DNA from: Spirogloea muscicola
Taxonomy: Eukaryota
Direction: 5' to 3'
DNA length: 41,395 bases
Assembly (NCBI GenBank): GCA_009602725.1
Contig: WELB01000009.1
Span: forward strand, 367,870-409,264
The translations under genes and the position numbers were made by a program. Below, piece by piece: positions 22,984 through 33,669 of the stretch. Position 1 is the first letter of the stretch. Every line of letters begins with the position of its first letter. Under the pieces are notes generated by a model. It saw only the letters and a program-made list of their open reading frames with translations. It did not search any database and had not been told where the DNA came from.

Positions 22984-24198
22984 AATTGACACTTTCGGCT
23001 GCTTGGTTCCTCGCTTCCATACCCTACTTGCGAACATAGCGAGTCTGGGATATGCTTCCAGCCCAGATGGGTATGCCGGCAGCCTATCCGTCATTTTTGC
23101 GACGTCGAGTGTCAGCTTGCCTGCAGCGAGCTCAGGCTCATGCGTTGCATCAGAAAGCTGGTCGAGCCTTGGCTGGTAGTTCAAGAGCTCGTCGATTGCC
23201 GTCCGATATTCGAGCATCAGTCAGCGACTTCTATGTGCTGACTCGTGGTTACTGAGCGGGTCAGCTTAGCGGCAGGTGACGTACATTTGTTAATGTGCTT
23301 GCCTTTGTACTTGGCCACACATGGCCTCCCCATCTCTTGATACACACGTCTTTAGCCCCTCCGGTCCTTCGTCAATTCTTTTTGGGCTGGCTTTCCGCAG
23401 CCCTTGCCCACCTTGGAGTGCCACTTCTTCTTTCCACAGCCCTTGCCCCCATTGGGAGAGAAGTGGCACTGGGCTGCGATAATTGGGAAAGCCACTTCTC
23501 TCTTTCACAGCCACCGCCTTAGGTCGGAAGCGCTATTGTTGTTCCCGAAAGGAGGCTTGTCCGAGAACCTCTTGCTCATTCTTCAGTGGCCTCTAAGTAA
23601 CCTCACTCGTAACTACTGAGTGGTCCATCCTCCCCCCGTCCTGACATAGCTTCCCAGCGACCAGGCAATCTGGCCGCGCTTTCCCCCTTCTTCAGGCCCC
23701 TTCGTAGCTGCTAAGCGCTTTTGGCCCCTTCGAACCTTTGTCAATTCTTTTCGGGCTGGCTGTTCACAGGCCTTGCCCCCATCGGGAGTGCCACTTCTCT
23801 CAGAGCCACTGCCCTTTCCTGGAAGCGTCTTTCCTTCTTCTGTGGGCTGGTTATACATTGCTTTCGCTGCTTCTTTGTGGTTGGCTTTTGGAGCATAAAG
23901 AGTCAGACGCTTCCAGGAGAGGCGGTGGCTGGGAGAGGCCAGCCCAGTGAATAGAATGAACAGGTTCGAAGGGGCCAGAGAAATCCACCGGCTCCCCATT
24001 CCTTTTCTTAGAAAGAAAGGGCTCGCCCATTAAGGAGAGGGGCTGGACAAGCCAGCCCTAAAAAGAAAGGACAAAGTACGAGTAGGGGTCCAGGGGAAGC
24101 GCTAAGGAAAGCAAGCACAAAACGAAGCATAGCTGCTACGAATCACTCAGTAACCCCTGCTAAGCAGCCGCAGATCAGAGAGGCTAGGCGCCTGGAAG

Positions 24199-24607
24199 TA
24201 AAAGATCGTGTATTAGAAAGAAATGTAGGCCAAATGGCCAGGTACAAAGGCAAGCACATCTAAAAATCTACATAACCTACAGCAGATTGACCCGCTCAAT
24301 AACCACGGGTCAAAACATAAAGGTCACTACTCGATGCATGAATACTAGATGCCAGGAACGGAGCCCTTCTGCCACCTACTAGAGCTCGCCCAGCTTTCTG
24401 GTGCAAGGCACTAGCCTGAGCACGCTGCAAACAGGCCGAAACTCGACGTCGCAAGAGCGACAGATATGCAGCTGGCAAGCCCATCTCAGCCGGAAACACA
24501 TCTGCGCGTCGAGTGTAGCCTAGATTGGCAATGCTTTGAAGCAGAGTGTGGAAGCGAGGACCCAGACAGCCAAAGATGTCGATTGCAGCTGGCAGGAGTT
24601 GAATCCT
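24199..24607 (-). mobile_element. Subfamily A 3' end inserted into a subfamily B copy
   Basis: Flanked by GCCTGGAAG at 24190-24198 and 24608-24616. Host B sequence is collinear on both sides. Confidence 0.85.
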
Positions 24608-25987
24608 GCCTGGAAGGGGGTCCCCTGGCCAGAGCCAGAGGCAGCAGCGAGTGCGCGGCCGGCACGAAGGTGTAGCGCGCGGGCCATAGACCGCTGCAGC
24701 GAGATGGCCAGGCGCATACGGTAGACTTGCGCTAGCGACCCAGCGGCAGGGAAGTCCACCGGCTCCCCATGGAAGAGACGGGCGATGGCGTGGCGGGCGA
24801 GCTAGTTGATCAACTCGAGCCACCGAGCGCCCAGCGCCCCGTGGGTGTCAATTGCCAACGGGAAGAACTCGTCGTCCCGCGGATGGTCGGCGTACTTTAG
24901 CTCTTTTGCCCGAGCGGCGCAGAAAGCGCTGAAGCACACAGGGAACCAGGGAGCTACGAAACACTCAGTGACCCCTGTTGAGCAGCCGCTGGTCGGAGAA
25001 AGAAGTCTCCGAGTAGCGGGTCCCTTGGCCAGGCCCAGTGGCTGCAGCCAATGTAGAGAGAAAGACGCTTCCAAAGGAGGGCGGTGGCTGGGAGAGGCAA
25101 GCCCAGAGAAGGGAATCAACGAGGTTCGAAGGGGCCAGGGAAAGCGCAATGCAGACCGGCACGCAGATGCAGCGCGCGTGTCCGGTGCAGCGAGACTGAC
25201 AGGCGTGGACAATATACCTGCACGAGACAGCCTGCTGCATAAGATTAGAGAGAAAGACGCTTCCAGGATACATGTATCCAAGAGAGGGCGGTGGCTGGGA
25301 GAGGCCAGCCCAGAGACAAGAATGAACAAAGTTCGAAGGGGCCAGTAGAAAGAGAAGTGCTCGCCCATAGAGAAGGCGCTCAAACACACAGGAAATCAAG
25401 TTGGCTTCAAAAATTTCTGTAACTCCTACTAAGCAGCCGCAGGTCGGAGAAAGTAGTCCCCTGGCTAGGGCCAGAGGCTGCAGCTAAGGCACGACCGGCA
25501 CGCAGATGCAGCGCGCGAGCCATGGACCTCTGCAGCGAGATGGACAAGGGCATGCGAGATCGGAGTACGAGCATGCACTTCACTACTCTGGCTTCTTCAG
25601 ACCTTGTCCATTCCTTTGGGCTGGCCTCTCCCAGCCACCAGTCAATCTGGCCGCGCTTTTCTATCATGCACTTCAGCAGCTTTATCAGGTGGGACGAGAG
25701 AAGGCGCGCGGGGCGCATGAATTGAAAGGGAGGCCAATTCAAGCCAATACATTTTTCAGCCAGAGTCGAGTGCAGACTAAACAAGGCTACATAATACGGA
25801 GAAATACAAATGTAGAATGTGCTCGCCCATAGAGAAGAGTAGCTGGCAAAGCCAGCCCAAAAAGAATGGACAATATCCCAAGCCAAAGAAAGAGGAGCCG
25901 GAAAAGAACTACACTACAGTCCATGCCTTTGGACTAGGACGAAGACAACAGCCAGAGGGGACCCACTTTCAGGACCCTAGCCTCTCT

Positions 25988-26538
25988 TAACCTGGTGGAG
26001 GACCACGGGCCCTGGTCGACGTTGTGGTAACGGAGGCGTACAAGGGACCAGCATCCACACACATCGCTGATCACGCAGTGGGCGTTGCAGAACAGAGAAA
26101 GCTGCAGCATTACTCCGACTACCCTCAATGCGATCAGCTCCTGCCAGCAACAATCGTCGTCTTTGCTTGTCTGGGTCCTCGTTTCCACACCCTCCTCCAA
26201 AACATTGCCAATTTAGGCTACACACGTCGTGCAGATGTGTTTCCGGTTGAGTTGGGCTTGCCAGCTGCATATCTGTCTTTCTTGCGACGACGTGTTTCGG
26301 CCTGTTTGCAGCGTGCTCAGGCTAATGCCTTGCACCAGAAAGCTGGCCGAGCTCTAGTTGGTGGCAGAAGGGCTTCGTATCTGACATCTAGTATTCAGGC
26401 ATCGATTAGCGACCTTTATGTTTTGACCCGTGGTTATCGAGCGGGCACTTTGCTGTAGATTATGTAGGTCTTTTGATGTGCTTGCCTTTGTACTTGGCCT
26501 TTGGCCTTCGTTTGTTTCAAATACACGAAATTTTTCTT
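25988..26538 (+). mobile_element. Subfamily A 3' portion inserted into a subfamily B 3' end
   Basis: Flanked by TAGCCTCTCT at 25978-25987 and 26539-26548. Encodes PGGGPRALVDVVVTEAY...AEQRKLQHYSDY...SDLYVLTRGY. Confidence 0.85.
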
Positions 26539-26722
26539 TAGCCTCTCTGATCTGCGGCTGCTTAGCAGGGGTTACTGAGTGATTTGCAGCTGCTTTCTTT
26601 CTTTGTGTGCTTTGTTTTCTTAGCGCTTCCTCTAACCCCCCTTCTCGTACTTTGTTCATCCTTTTTTGGGCTGGCTTTTCCAGCCCCTATCCTCAATGGG
26701 CGAGCCCTTCTCTCGACGACGC

Positions 26723-26990
26723 TCAGTAACCTCTAGTCAGGAGATGCAAGTCGGAGTAGCTAGCCGGGGGAATGACGTCGCCCTGACGGAAGCCGGAGGC
26801 CGCCGCCAAAGCTCGGCCTGCGCGCAAGTGGACCGCGAACGCAAGGGACCGCTGAAGCGAGACGGCCAACCGCATGCGGAAGACGTGCGCGAGGGACCCG
26901 GCGACATTGAAGCCGGGCTGCTCGCCCTGCTGCCCGTGGCGGCGGGCCGCGGCCTGCTGCGCCAGGCGGTGAAGCAAGTCGAGCCACGTG
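26723..26990 (-). mobile_element. RLE retrotransposon 3' end, subfamily C
   Basis: WLDLLHRLAQQAAARRHGQQGEQPGFNVAGSLAHVFRMRLAVSLQRSLAFAVHLRAGRAL...SDLHLLTRGY*. Confidence 0.82.
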
Positions 26991-27587
26991 GGACGAGGAC
27001 CAGGAATTTCGTGTATTTGACACAAACGAAGGCCAAATGGCCATGTACTTGCCACTCTCTCTCTCTTTTTGATCAACTTTCCCGGCCCTCATTACCACCC
27101 CTGTCATCATCCCTTCTGCCTCTGCTGCTGCCCCACTCACCCCGCAGCTCCAGCAGTGGTCGTTTGATGGGTCAACAAGGCCCCCTTATCTTGGCGCTAG
27201 TTTTTGTCTGAACAATGTATTGGCTTGAATTGGCCTCGCTTTGATTTCATGCGCACCGCGCGCCTTCTCTCTTTTTGACGTCTGCTCTATCCGTCCAGTT
27301 CCTGATTTCAGCTTACTTTCTCACAGCCATTGCCAGCTGCACATCACGCCGACTTGCGGCTGCCGACTCGGGGTTACCAAGCTCTCAGTCGCTGTAGTCT
27401 CTTCCATAGCTGTGTGGTTTTTTGCGCCCATTGGCACCTTCAGACCTTTGTCCATTGCTTTTGGGCTGAATTTTCACAGCCCTCGCTTCCTTCGCTTATT
27501 TACTTGTCCATTGCCTTTCGAAAGCGCTTCTCTCGCTTGAGGCCGCCGCCCGCCGCCGCCCGCGCCGCGGCGGCGGCGGCGGCGGCG

Positions 27588-27595
27588 ATGGCGGC

Positions 27596-27672
<77 letters not shown>

Positions 27673-30600
27673 NGGCCCCTCCGAGGACGGCCGCCGCGCC
27701 GCGGCGCTGCGGCGGCTGCGCGCGCCCGAGGAGCCCCCCGGCCTCGCCGCTCTGGTCGCCAAGTACGCCGCAGCTCCGGCGGCGGGCACTCCTCCCACCG
27801 GGCCCGGCGTCAGCGACGGAGCTGCGAACGAGGCCGCGGCGGCGGAGCGGGCGCTCGCCGACCTCGTCGCCAGGCGAGTGCCTCGTCCTCAGCCGCAGCG
27901 TGGCATTGGACTTGTCATCAGTCACATTTAAATGAAGGGTTAAGGTTAGGGTTTGAAGTATGTGGGTTTAGGTTAGGGTTTGGGTTCAGGGGGTTTAGGG
28001 GTCAGGGTGTAGGCCAAAGCCGTTAGGGATGAGGGTTGAGGCTAAGGATTTAGGGGTTCATGGTTTAGGAGCTAGGGGGTTTAGGGGTCAGGGTTAAGGT
28101 CTCAGGGTTTAAGGTTGATGACGGATTTAGAACACTGGTTTGAGGATGCACTCATGCGGTGTAGATCATGTAGGACGTGATACCATGGAAGGTGTAGAGG
28201 TCAGCATCTGAGATCATCTTGGGGATGGGTGTCTTGGGCTGTGCACTCAGGGGCAGTAACGTGAAACTCCTCAATCAAGAGGCTAGCTTTGCAGCACCTC
28301 AGATTTGCGGCAACAAAGCAGGCAAGCTCGACCATGCAGCTCCGTGCACCTACAATTTTGCGCCTTTGTCAGAGGGATCTTGGCTGCGCTTCCATGCGTC
28401 ATGACCCTGATCCCATCTGGTCAAGTTTCTCCCGAGTACAAAGTGGCGAACTTGACTGCCAATCTAGCAGCTTCCTCGGTCCTCCAGTCCAGCATCCTAA
28501 TCATTGCATGCAGAAGCTGGTGCTGGAGTATGAAGATTAAGGGCATAGCACTTGGTGCATAGCACTATAACTCAAGGATTAAGGTATTTCAAGTTGCAGG
28601 GTGAAGCCAAGGGTCTACCTGCTGTTGTGTTCCGCTTTGCATGTGCTAAACCCTACCCCTAAATCCTAACCCTTGGCTAAGCTCTTAACTTCTAACTCGT
28701 AACTTATAACCCTTAAGTCTCATCTCTAGACCCCACGGAGCCCATGCTCATGAGCAGGCACTCGGTCATAGCTGCCGGTGTTCATGCCACTCAGTCGTGT
28801 GCCTTTGTCGTTTCACAGGCTTGCCGCCCTCCCGCAGGCCAAGGATGGCCGCACCTTCAGCGCAGAGGTGGAGGCGGCGGGGCTCGAGATGACGCCCGCA
28901 CGTTGCGCCTGGACAGTGAAGCGCCTCGCTGAGGCAGGCTGCTGGCGGACGGCCATGGGATTTGTAGCCTGGCTCCAGGGTGGCAGGGGTCCTCTCTCCT
29001 CCATCGACAGGTACTAGGCTTCAGCAAGATCCCAGGGGTGCTTGTGTCAGAGCAAAGAAGCTGATCATGATCGCCGGTGTCATGAAGCTAACCATGAACT
29101 AAGGATCATGACGCTGAAGTCAGTATATGCATAATCTGGAAGTGTCATTTTGTCAGACCTTAGCTTGGCCTGCTTAAGGTGGCTTTGTTGCTGAATCCAG
29201 GGGTGTCTGCACGTCGCTGGTTGCCGCTCTGGGCCAGGCAAGGCGGCCTGCTGAGGCACTCCAGGTGTTTCGCTCGATGCTGGTGAGTTCTGGCTGCCCC
29301 CTGTGCTTAAGCACGTGGCATGGAAGTGGTCAATGGGCATGAGCAGAGCAGGCCCTTGCAAGCATCATGAAGCAGTAACACTATCTGCAACTTCTTCCTG
29401 TTTCACACGTATCTGAAGGTGAACCATGACATTATTCAGGCAAGTCTTGAGCGTGCATCTATATAGTTCGGATAAATAGATTCTTGGGTAGTATGTCTAG
29501 GAGAAACTTCATAACAATAGGGTTCTACATGTGCACAGGATCACCCGAGAGCGTGGCCGGACCTGCCTGCGTACCACGCCCTCGCGGTGGCCCTCGGCCA
29601 GGCGGGCTGTCTGGACGATCTCCTCGAGGTCCTTGGCCCCTCTACCAGCTCTAGGATATGGGACTTCTCTTTGCCTTCACTTTAAGTCACATAAGGTACA
29701 ACGAGCCTCCACATTTCCCCAGAATAGTTGATGTTCTTCTTCTGGACGGATGGTCTTGACGGCTCATCGTCCTGGAGCAGGTCATGGAAGAATTGCGTGG
29801 CAAGTCTCAAGGCCAGCTGGCCAACCCCAAGCAATTCATTTGCCAGCAGAATACCTTGCAGCCTGACGTAATTGTGTACAATGCTGTGAGTCATTTGCAG
29901 AAACATCATATCTGCATACAATCATGTAAAATTCGTGCACTGTTGATGGCCATGATGATATATTCAAATGTTGGAAGCAATTGCTGCATATTCGCAAACT
30001 TTGAACCACCAAATTTATTAGAAGATCAAGATCAAGATCATATGTGGCCACTCATCTCTTGATGGATCTTGACATAGTGGTCACCTTAGCCGAGAGCTAA
30101 ACAGGGCTCAGTCTGCACCACAAGCTTGACGATCTTCTCTCGTTGGCCTCGAGGCTGAGCCCTTTGAACACAATGACGTATTCTTCTTTTGTTTGCTAGC
30201 TTTTCTCCATGGTTCACAGGTTCGTCGTGCAGTTGATGAGATCCAGAGTTTGTGGCTTCAGGTGCTCAATGCGTGTACCAGCCGCAGCAGATGGCAGTCG
30301 GTAGACTGGGTGTTTGCGAAGATGGAAAGAGGCAAGCATACTCCAAATGCAGCAACGTACGGTCTTGCAATTGAGGTTGGCTATTGCATGGCCATCCCGG
30401 CCCCAGCTGGCCAGCTGCTCGCCCTCTTAACACATAAGATGCTGTGAGATATGCCAATGCCATCTGTTTCCGGTGGCACTGCCATCATCTGTGTAATTCA
30501 TGTTCAAGTGTCTATCTAGTTAGGCGTAAGTGGAAGTATATCCAAGTGTAAGTTCATTCATTCATTCACAGTGAAGTCATGACAGGTATGAATGGTTTTA

Positions 30601-32934
30601 CTAGACCTTGTACTAGACGAACAAACTTTTGCAGGAGGATACATTGAAAGAACGAGCGTTTTCCCCATGCAGGTATACACGAGAGCTGGCAAGATTGAGG
30701 CTGCTCAGCAGATGGCCAAACGGATGCTAGAGTGTGGCTTCAAGTTGACAACACGTACTTATATTGGTAAAGAGGTTTTAATCCAGCTCCTTCAAGGCTT
30801 AGCTCTGTTCTGTTTCCTGTACACAATAGTAGCTGATGTTGGGATAAGTAACATTGTCTTAGTGTAGACCTTGATCACCAAAGTTGTGTAATCCGGCAAG
30901 CTGTCTCAGTCTAGACCTTTCTTTGGGGTGGCCAGCTATCTTGGCTGGCCTGGCAAAAGCAGGGAGAGTAGACGAAGCTGAAGCCGTCCTTACGAAGATG
31001 GAGGAGTGCGGCCTCATTCCACCAGCCAGTGCTTACTACCACGTGGCCTGCGCGCTGTGCTCGGCTGGGAGGTGGCAGGACGCTGTCAAGCAGGTGAAAG
31101 TTGGGCAATGAGCACAACCCAACCTGGCTAGAGGAGGCTAAGATTCATGTGTTGACAACTTGGGTCGACTGAGGCCTGCATGTATATATGAGAGCAGGCG
31201 TTGTCAATTCGGCATTTCCCTCCGTCTCTGTCACCTTGGCGCTGCTGCTTGTGCTTCAAACTTCTTTTCATCTGACCCTGAACGTTCATTCCATGCAATT
31301 ATCTAAGCTTGGGCTTTGACAGAGAGAGATGCTTTTCGTTACATACTTGGTGTAGCCTCCTGCTTTTCTATATTCTGATGGTGGGGGTGCTAGATCACTG
31401 TTCATCCGTTTGCCAGGCACCTAGTTGCTGTTGTGAAGAAAGAGCTGCTCCACAAAATGGTTGACATCTCTCGACATGGCAACTTGCAGGTGGAGGCAAC
31501 GGCAGCGTTAGATGGAGCAAAGCCCCTTGTACAGTCCCTCAGCGGCCTGATGCAGGCTTGCAGCGCAAGTGGGCACAGTAGCGACGCCGCCTGCATCTTT
31601 GAGCACATGCGGCATGGTGCTGCTGGGGTCAACGTCGGGGCTTGCAATGTCATGCTCGGCGTCTATGGCCGGGCCGGTCGCTTTGCGGAAGCAGTAGAAC
31701 TATTCAGGGCAATCAGCAAGGGCTGCGTTTCCCCTGCACAGCACTCTGGGAGGGGAGGGCATGGCCTGCTGGAGCCGGACAGGTACACGTATGAAGCAAT
31801 GCTGGGCGCCTGTATTCGCTGCGCACGGTGGCCGGAAGCTGCAACGACCTTCCATCACATGGCGAGCCAGGGATACCTGCCTGACGCCCGGCGTCAGGCT
31901 TGGCTCATCAACCGCCTCATGCTCAATGGGCAGGTAATCTTTCTGCACTAATCATGCAGTAAATCAATGTAGCGCTTACGTGGCCCGTAGTGCATTGCAC
32001 GATCTTGAAATGGTTAGGGTCATGTCTTTAGGGATTTTCATTGGGCATTCGTGATTAGCGCTGAGGATATGCTTGCTGCAGGTTTAGCAGCTATGGTGCA
32101 GCTTAAGGTTCAAAAACTTTAGTGTCATGTCAAACAAGCAGCTATTGAGACTTGTCGATTTCCTGCATGTCATGCTATTGACTGACCATTTTACTGCTCA
32201 TTGTCTTGTAGGCAAGTACTGTGGACAAAGTCCTGCGTATTTTGTCGTATCACGAGCACGGCCCAGCTCCAGAGCTTCTGCAGCTGCGCCTGCAGGCGTT
32301 CAAAGTCGGCCCTTCCTTAGGCATTGAGGCGTCACTGCGTTACCTCCAACAGCAAGCCGCACAAGGGGTCACCATGCCAGCAACAGTCTGGCTGCACGCC
32401 AGCGGCCTGGAGCGGCCGGGTAGATTCAGCACGAGTGATGCTTCAACAGTGATCCAGTGCTTGCACCTGGTCTGTGAGGGCAGCCGTATGTTGGTCTGTC
32501 GGGCCCTGATCAAGGCACTGCTGAGGAGCGGCACAGTGGAGGATGTCTCCAAGGCGATGGATGTACTCCCGCTGCTTGGCAGCGATGAGGTGGCAGCGGA
32601 AGTGAGCGCAGCCATCGCGCGCCAGGCCTTCCGCCTCGGCCTCTGGGCTGTGGTGGAGGACTGCAGCCGTCTGGCGGCGGACCCTGCTGTAGCTCTCCTT
32701 GCTGCCCGTGCAGCCCGCCGCCGCATAGACGAGGAGATGGATTCGATACGTTCCGGGAAACCGTGGACGGACGGCAATGCTCGGATGCAGGACGCCATGG
32801 CCGAGGATGCGGCGAAGATGGGCACGAGGCCAGTGCCGCGGCGCACGGCCTCCCATGGCGCCTGGTGCGGTGTGCGGATACAGGGCTGGAAGAAGGGCTG
32901 GCTGGGGTCTTCCTACGTCCCCAGTGGCAGGTAG
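27588..32934 (+). CDS. P-class pentatricopeptide repeat protein, DG1 (At5g67570)/At1g30610-like (10 exons)
   Basis: Exons 27588(ATG?)-27873, 28819-29010, 29201-29282, 29539-29628, 29781-29885, 30262-30375, 30673-30766, 30936-31093, 31490-31933, 32212-32934. Motifs: LGQARRPAEALQVFRSML, PDLPAYHALAVALGQAG, LQPDVIVYNAVLNAC, PNAATYGLAIEV, YYHVACALCSAGRWQDA. These recall DG1 from memory, not from a search. Confidence 0.87.
27598..27673. other. Poly-T plus N in the PPR first exon (probable artefact)
   Basis: About 75 T followed by N, just after ATGGCGGCGA. Confidence 0.7.
27936..28115 (+). repeat. Degenerate telomere-like (TTTAGGG/TTAGGG/TTCAGGG) tract in PPR intron 1
   Basis: GGGTTAAGGTTAGGGTTT...GGTTTAGGGGTCAGGG... 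arrays. Confidence 0.75.
28647..28735 (-). repeat. Degenerate telomere-like tract, C-rich orientation, near the 3' end of PPR intron 1
   Basis: TAAACCCTACCCCTAAATCCTAACCCTT...TAACCCTTAA. Confidence 0.65.
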
Positions 32935-33309
32935 TGGCAGGAGGCGACCAGCTCGCTCCTCTACATGTGCTTTGCACTCTGCACAGGGAATTAGTAGTCA
33001 GTCAGTTCGGCATAGAGTTCAGCATCCATACATAGGCTGTGGCCTGCCTACATTCCCACGCGCTTGTGCTATATATTTGCAAATTCGTATGGCTGGCATA
33101 TGGTCAATAGGACACAAAACAATGAGGATTCAACAGTCTTTCTGCTTACCAGCCACCTGATCCATAGCCTTGAGTGGCTGCCCGGAATGCAAAGAAAGTG
33201 ACCACAGAGAGCTTCTATGACATCCAAGAGCCACCAAGCCTTGTGGCAGAGCGCCTTCCCACACTGCGGGACTTGGGTCAGGGCTTGTGATCGCTTGAGT
33301 CGCTGTGTG

Positions 33310-33620
33310 CTTCAGCGCTTGTCTGGCCCCTTCGACAATTGTTCATTCCTTCTTTCTGGGCTGGCCAACCACAGCCATCTCCCTCTACTGGAAGAGTCTC
33401 CTATTAGGGGCGACTTCCGTGGATTTTGGGACAACGGACAGGCCAAAATGGCCAAGTACAAAGGCAAGCACATCTGATGACGTACATTACCCACTGCAGA
33501 TTGACCAGCTCAGTGAACACGGGTTAAGACATGAAGGTCGCCATTGCGGCTGGGGCAAACGACTCCAGTTGGGCAGCCTGTGTGAGATCAAGGCCAGGCG
33601 TGATCTAACCAGGCAGGCCA
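33310..33620. mobile_element. Small decayed repeat patch (tail module plus subfamily A-like 3' end on -)
   Basis: GGGCTGGCCAACCACAGCC module; reverse-complement tail GGCCAAGTACAAAGGCAAGCACAT; degenerate DLHVLTR end. Confidence 0.65.
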
Positions 33621-33669
33621 CTAAGCCTTTACATGCCGTGCCTTGTCACATACTGGCAGGCGATCCGCC

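Larger units (their letters stand above)
18722..27540. mobile_element. Large island of nested RLE retrotransposon 3' fragments (subfamilies A, B, C) and tail-only modules
   Basis: RGY-type ORF ends at 18805+, 21348-, ~22861+, 23255+, ~24147-, 24296-, 24965-, ~25418-, ~26438+, ~26578+, 26723-, ~27378+. Dozens of hairpin modules. Confidence 0.88.

Noticed and set aside
3693..27540. Recurring hairpin modules as a CRISPR array, REP elements or rho-independent terminators
   Set aside because: Eukaryotic context, irregular spacing, both orientations, no unique fixed-length spacers, no cas genes; the modules are tied to retroelement 3' ends.
27598..27673. Poly-T as a retroelement tail
   Set aside because: It abuts an N just after the PPR start codon, the same artefact pattern.
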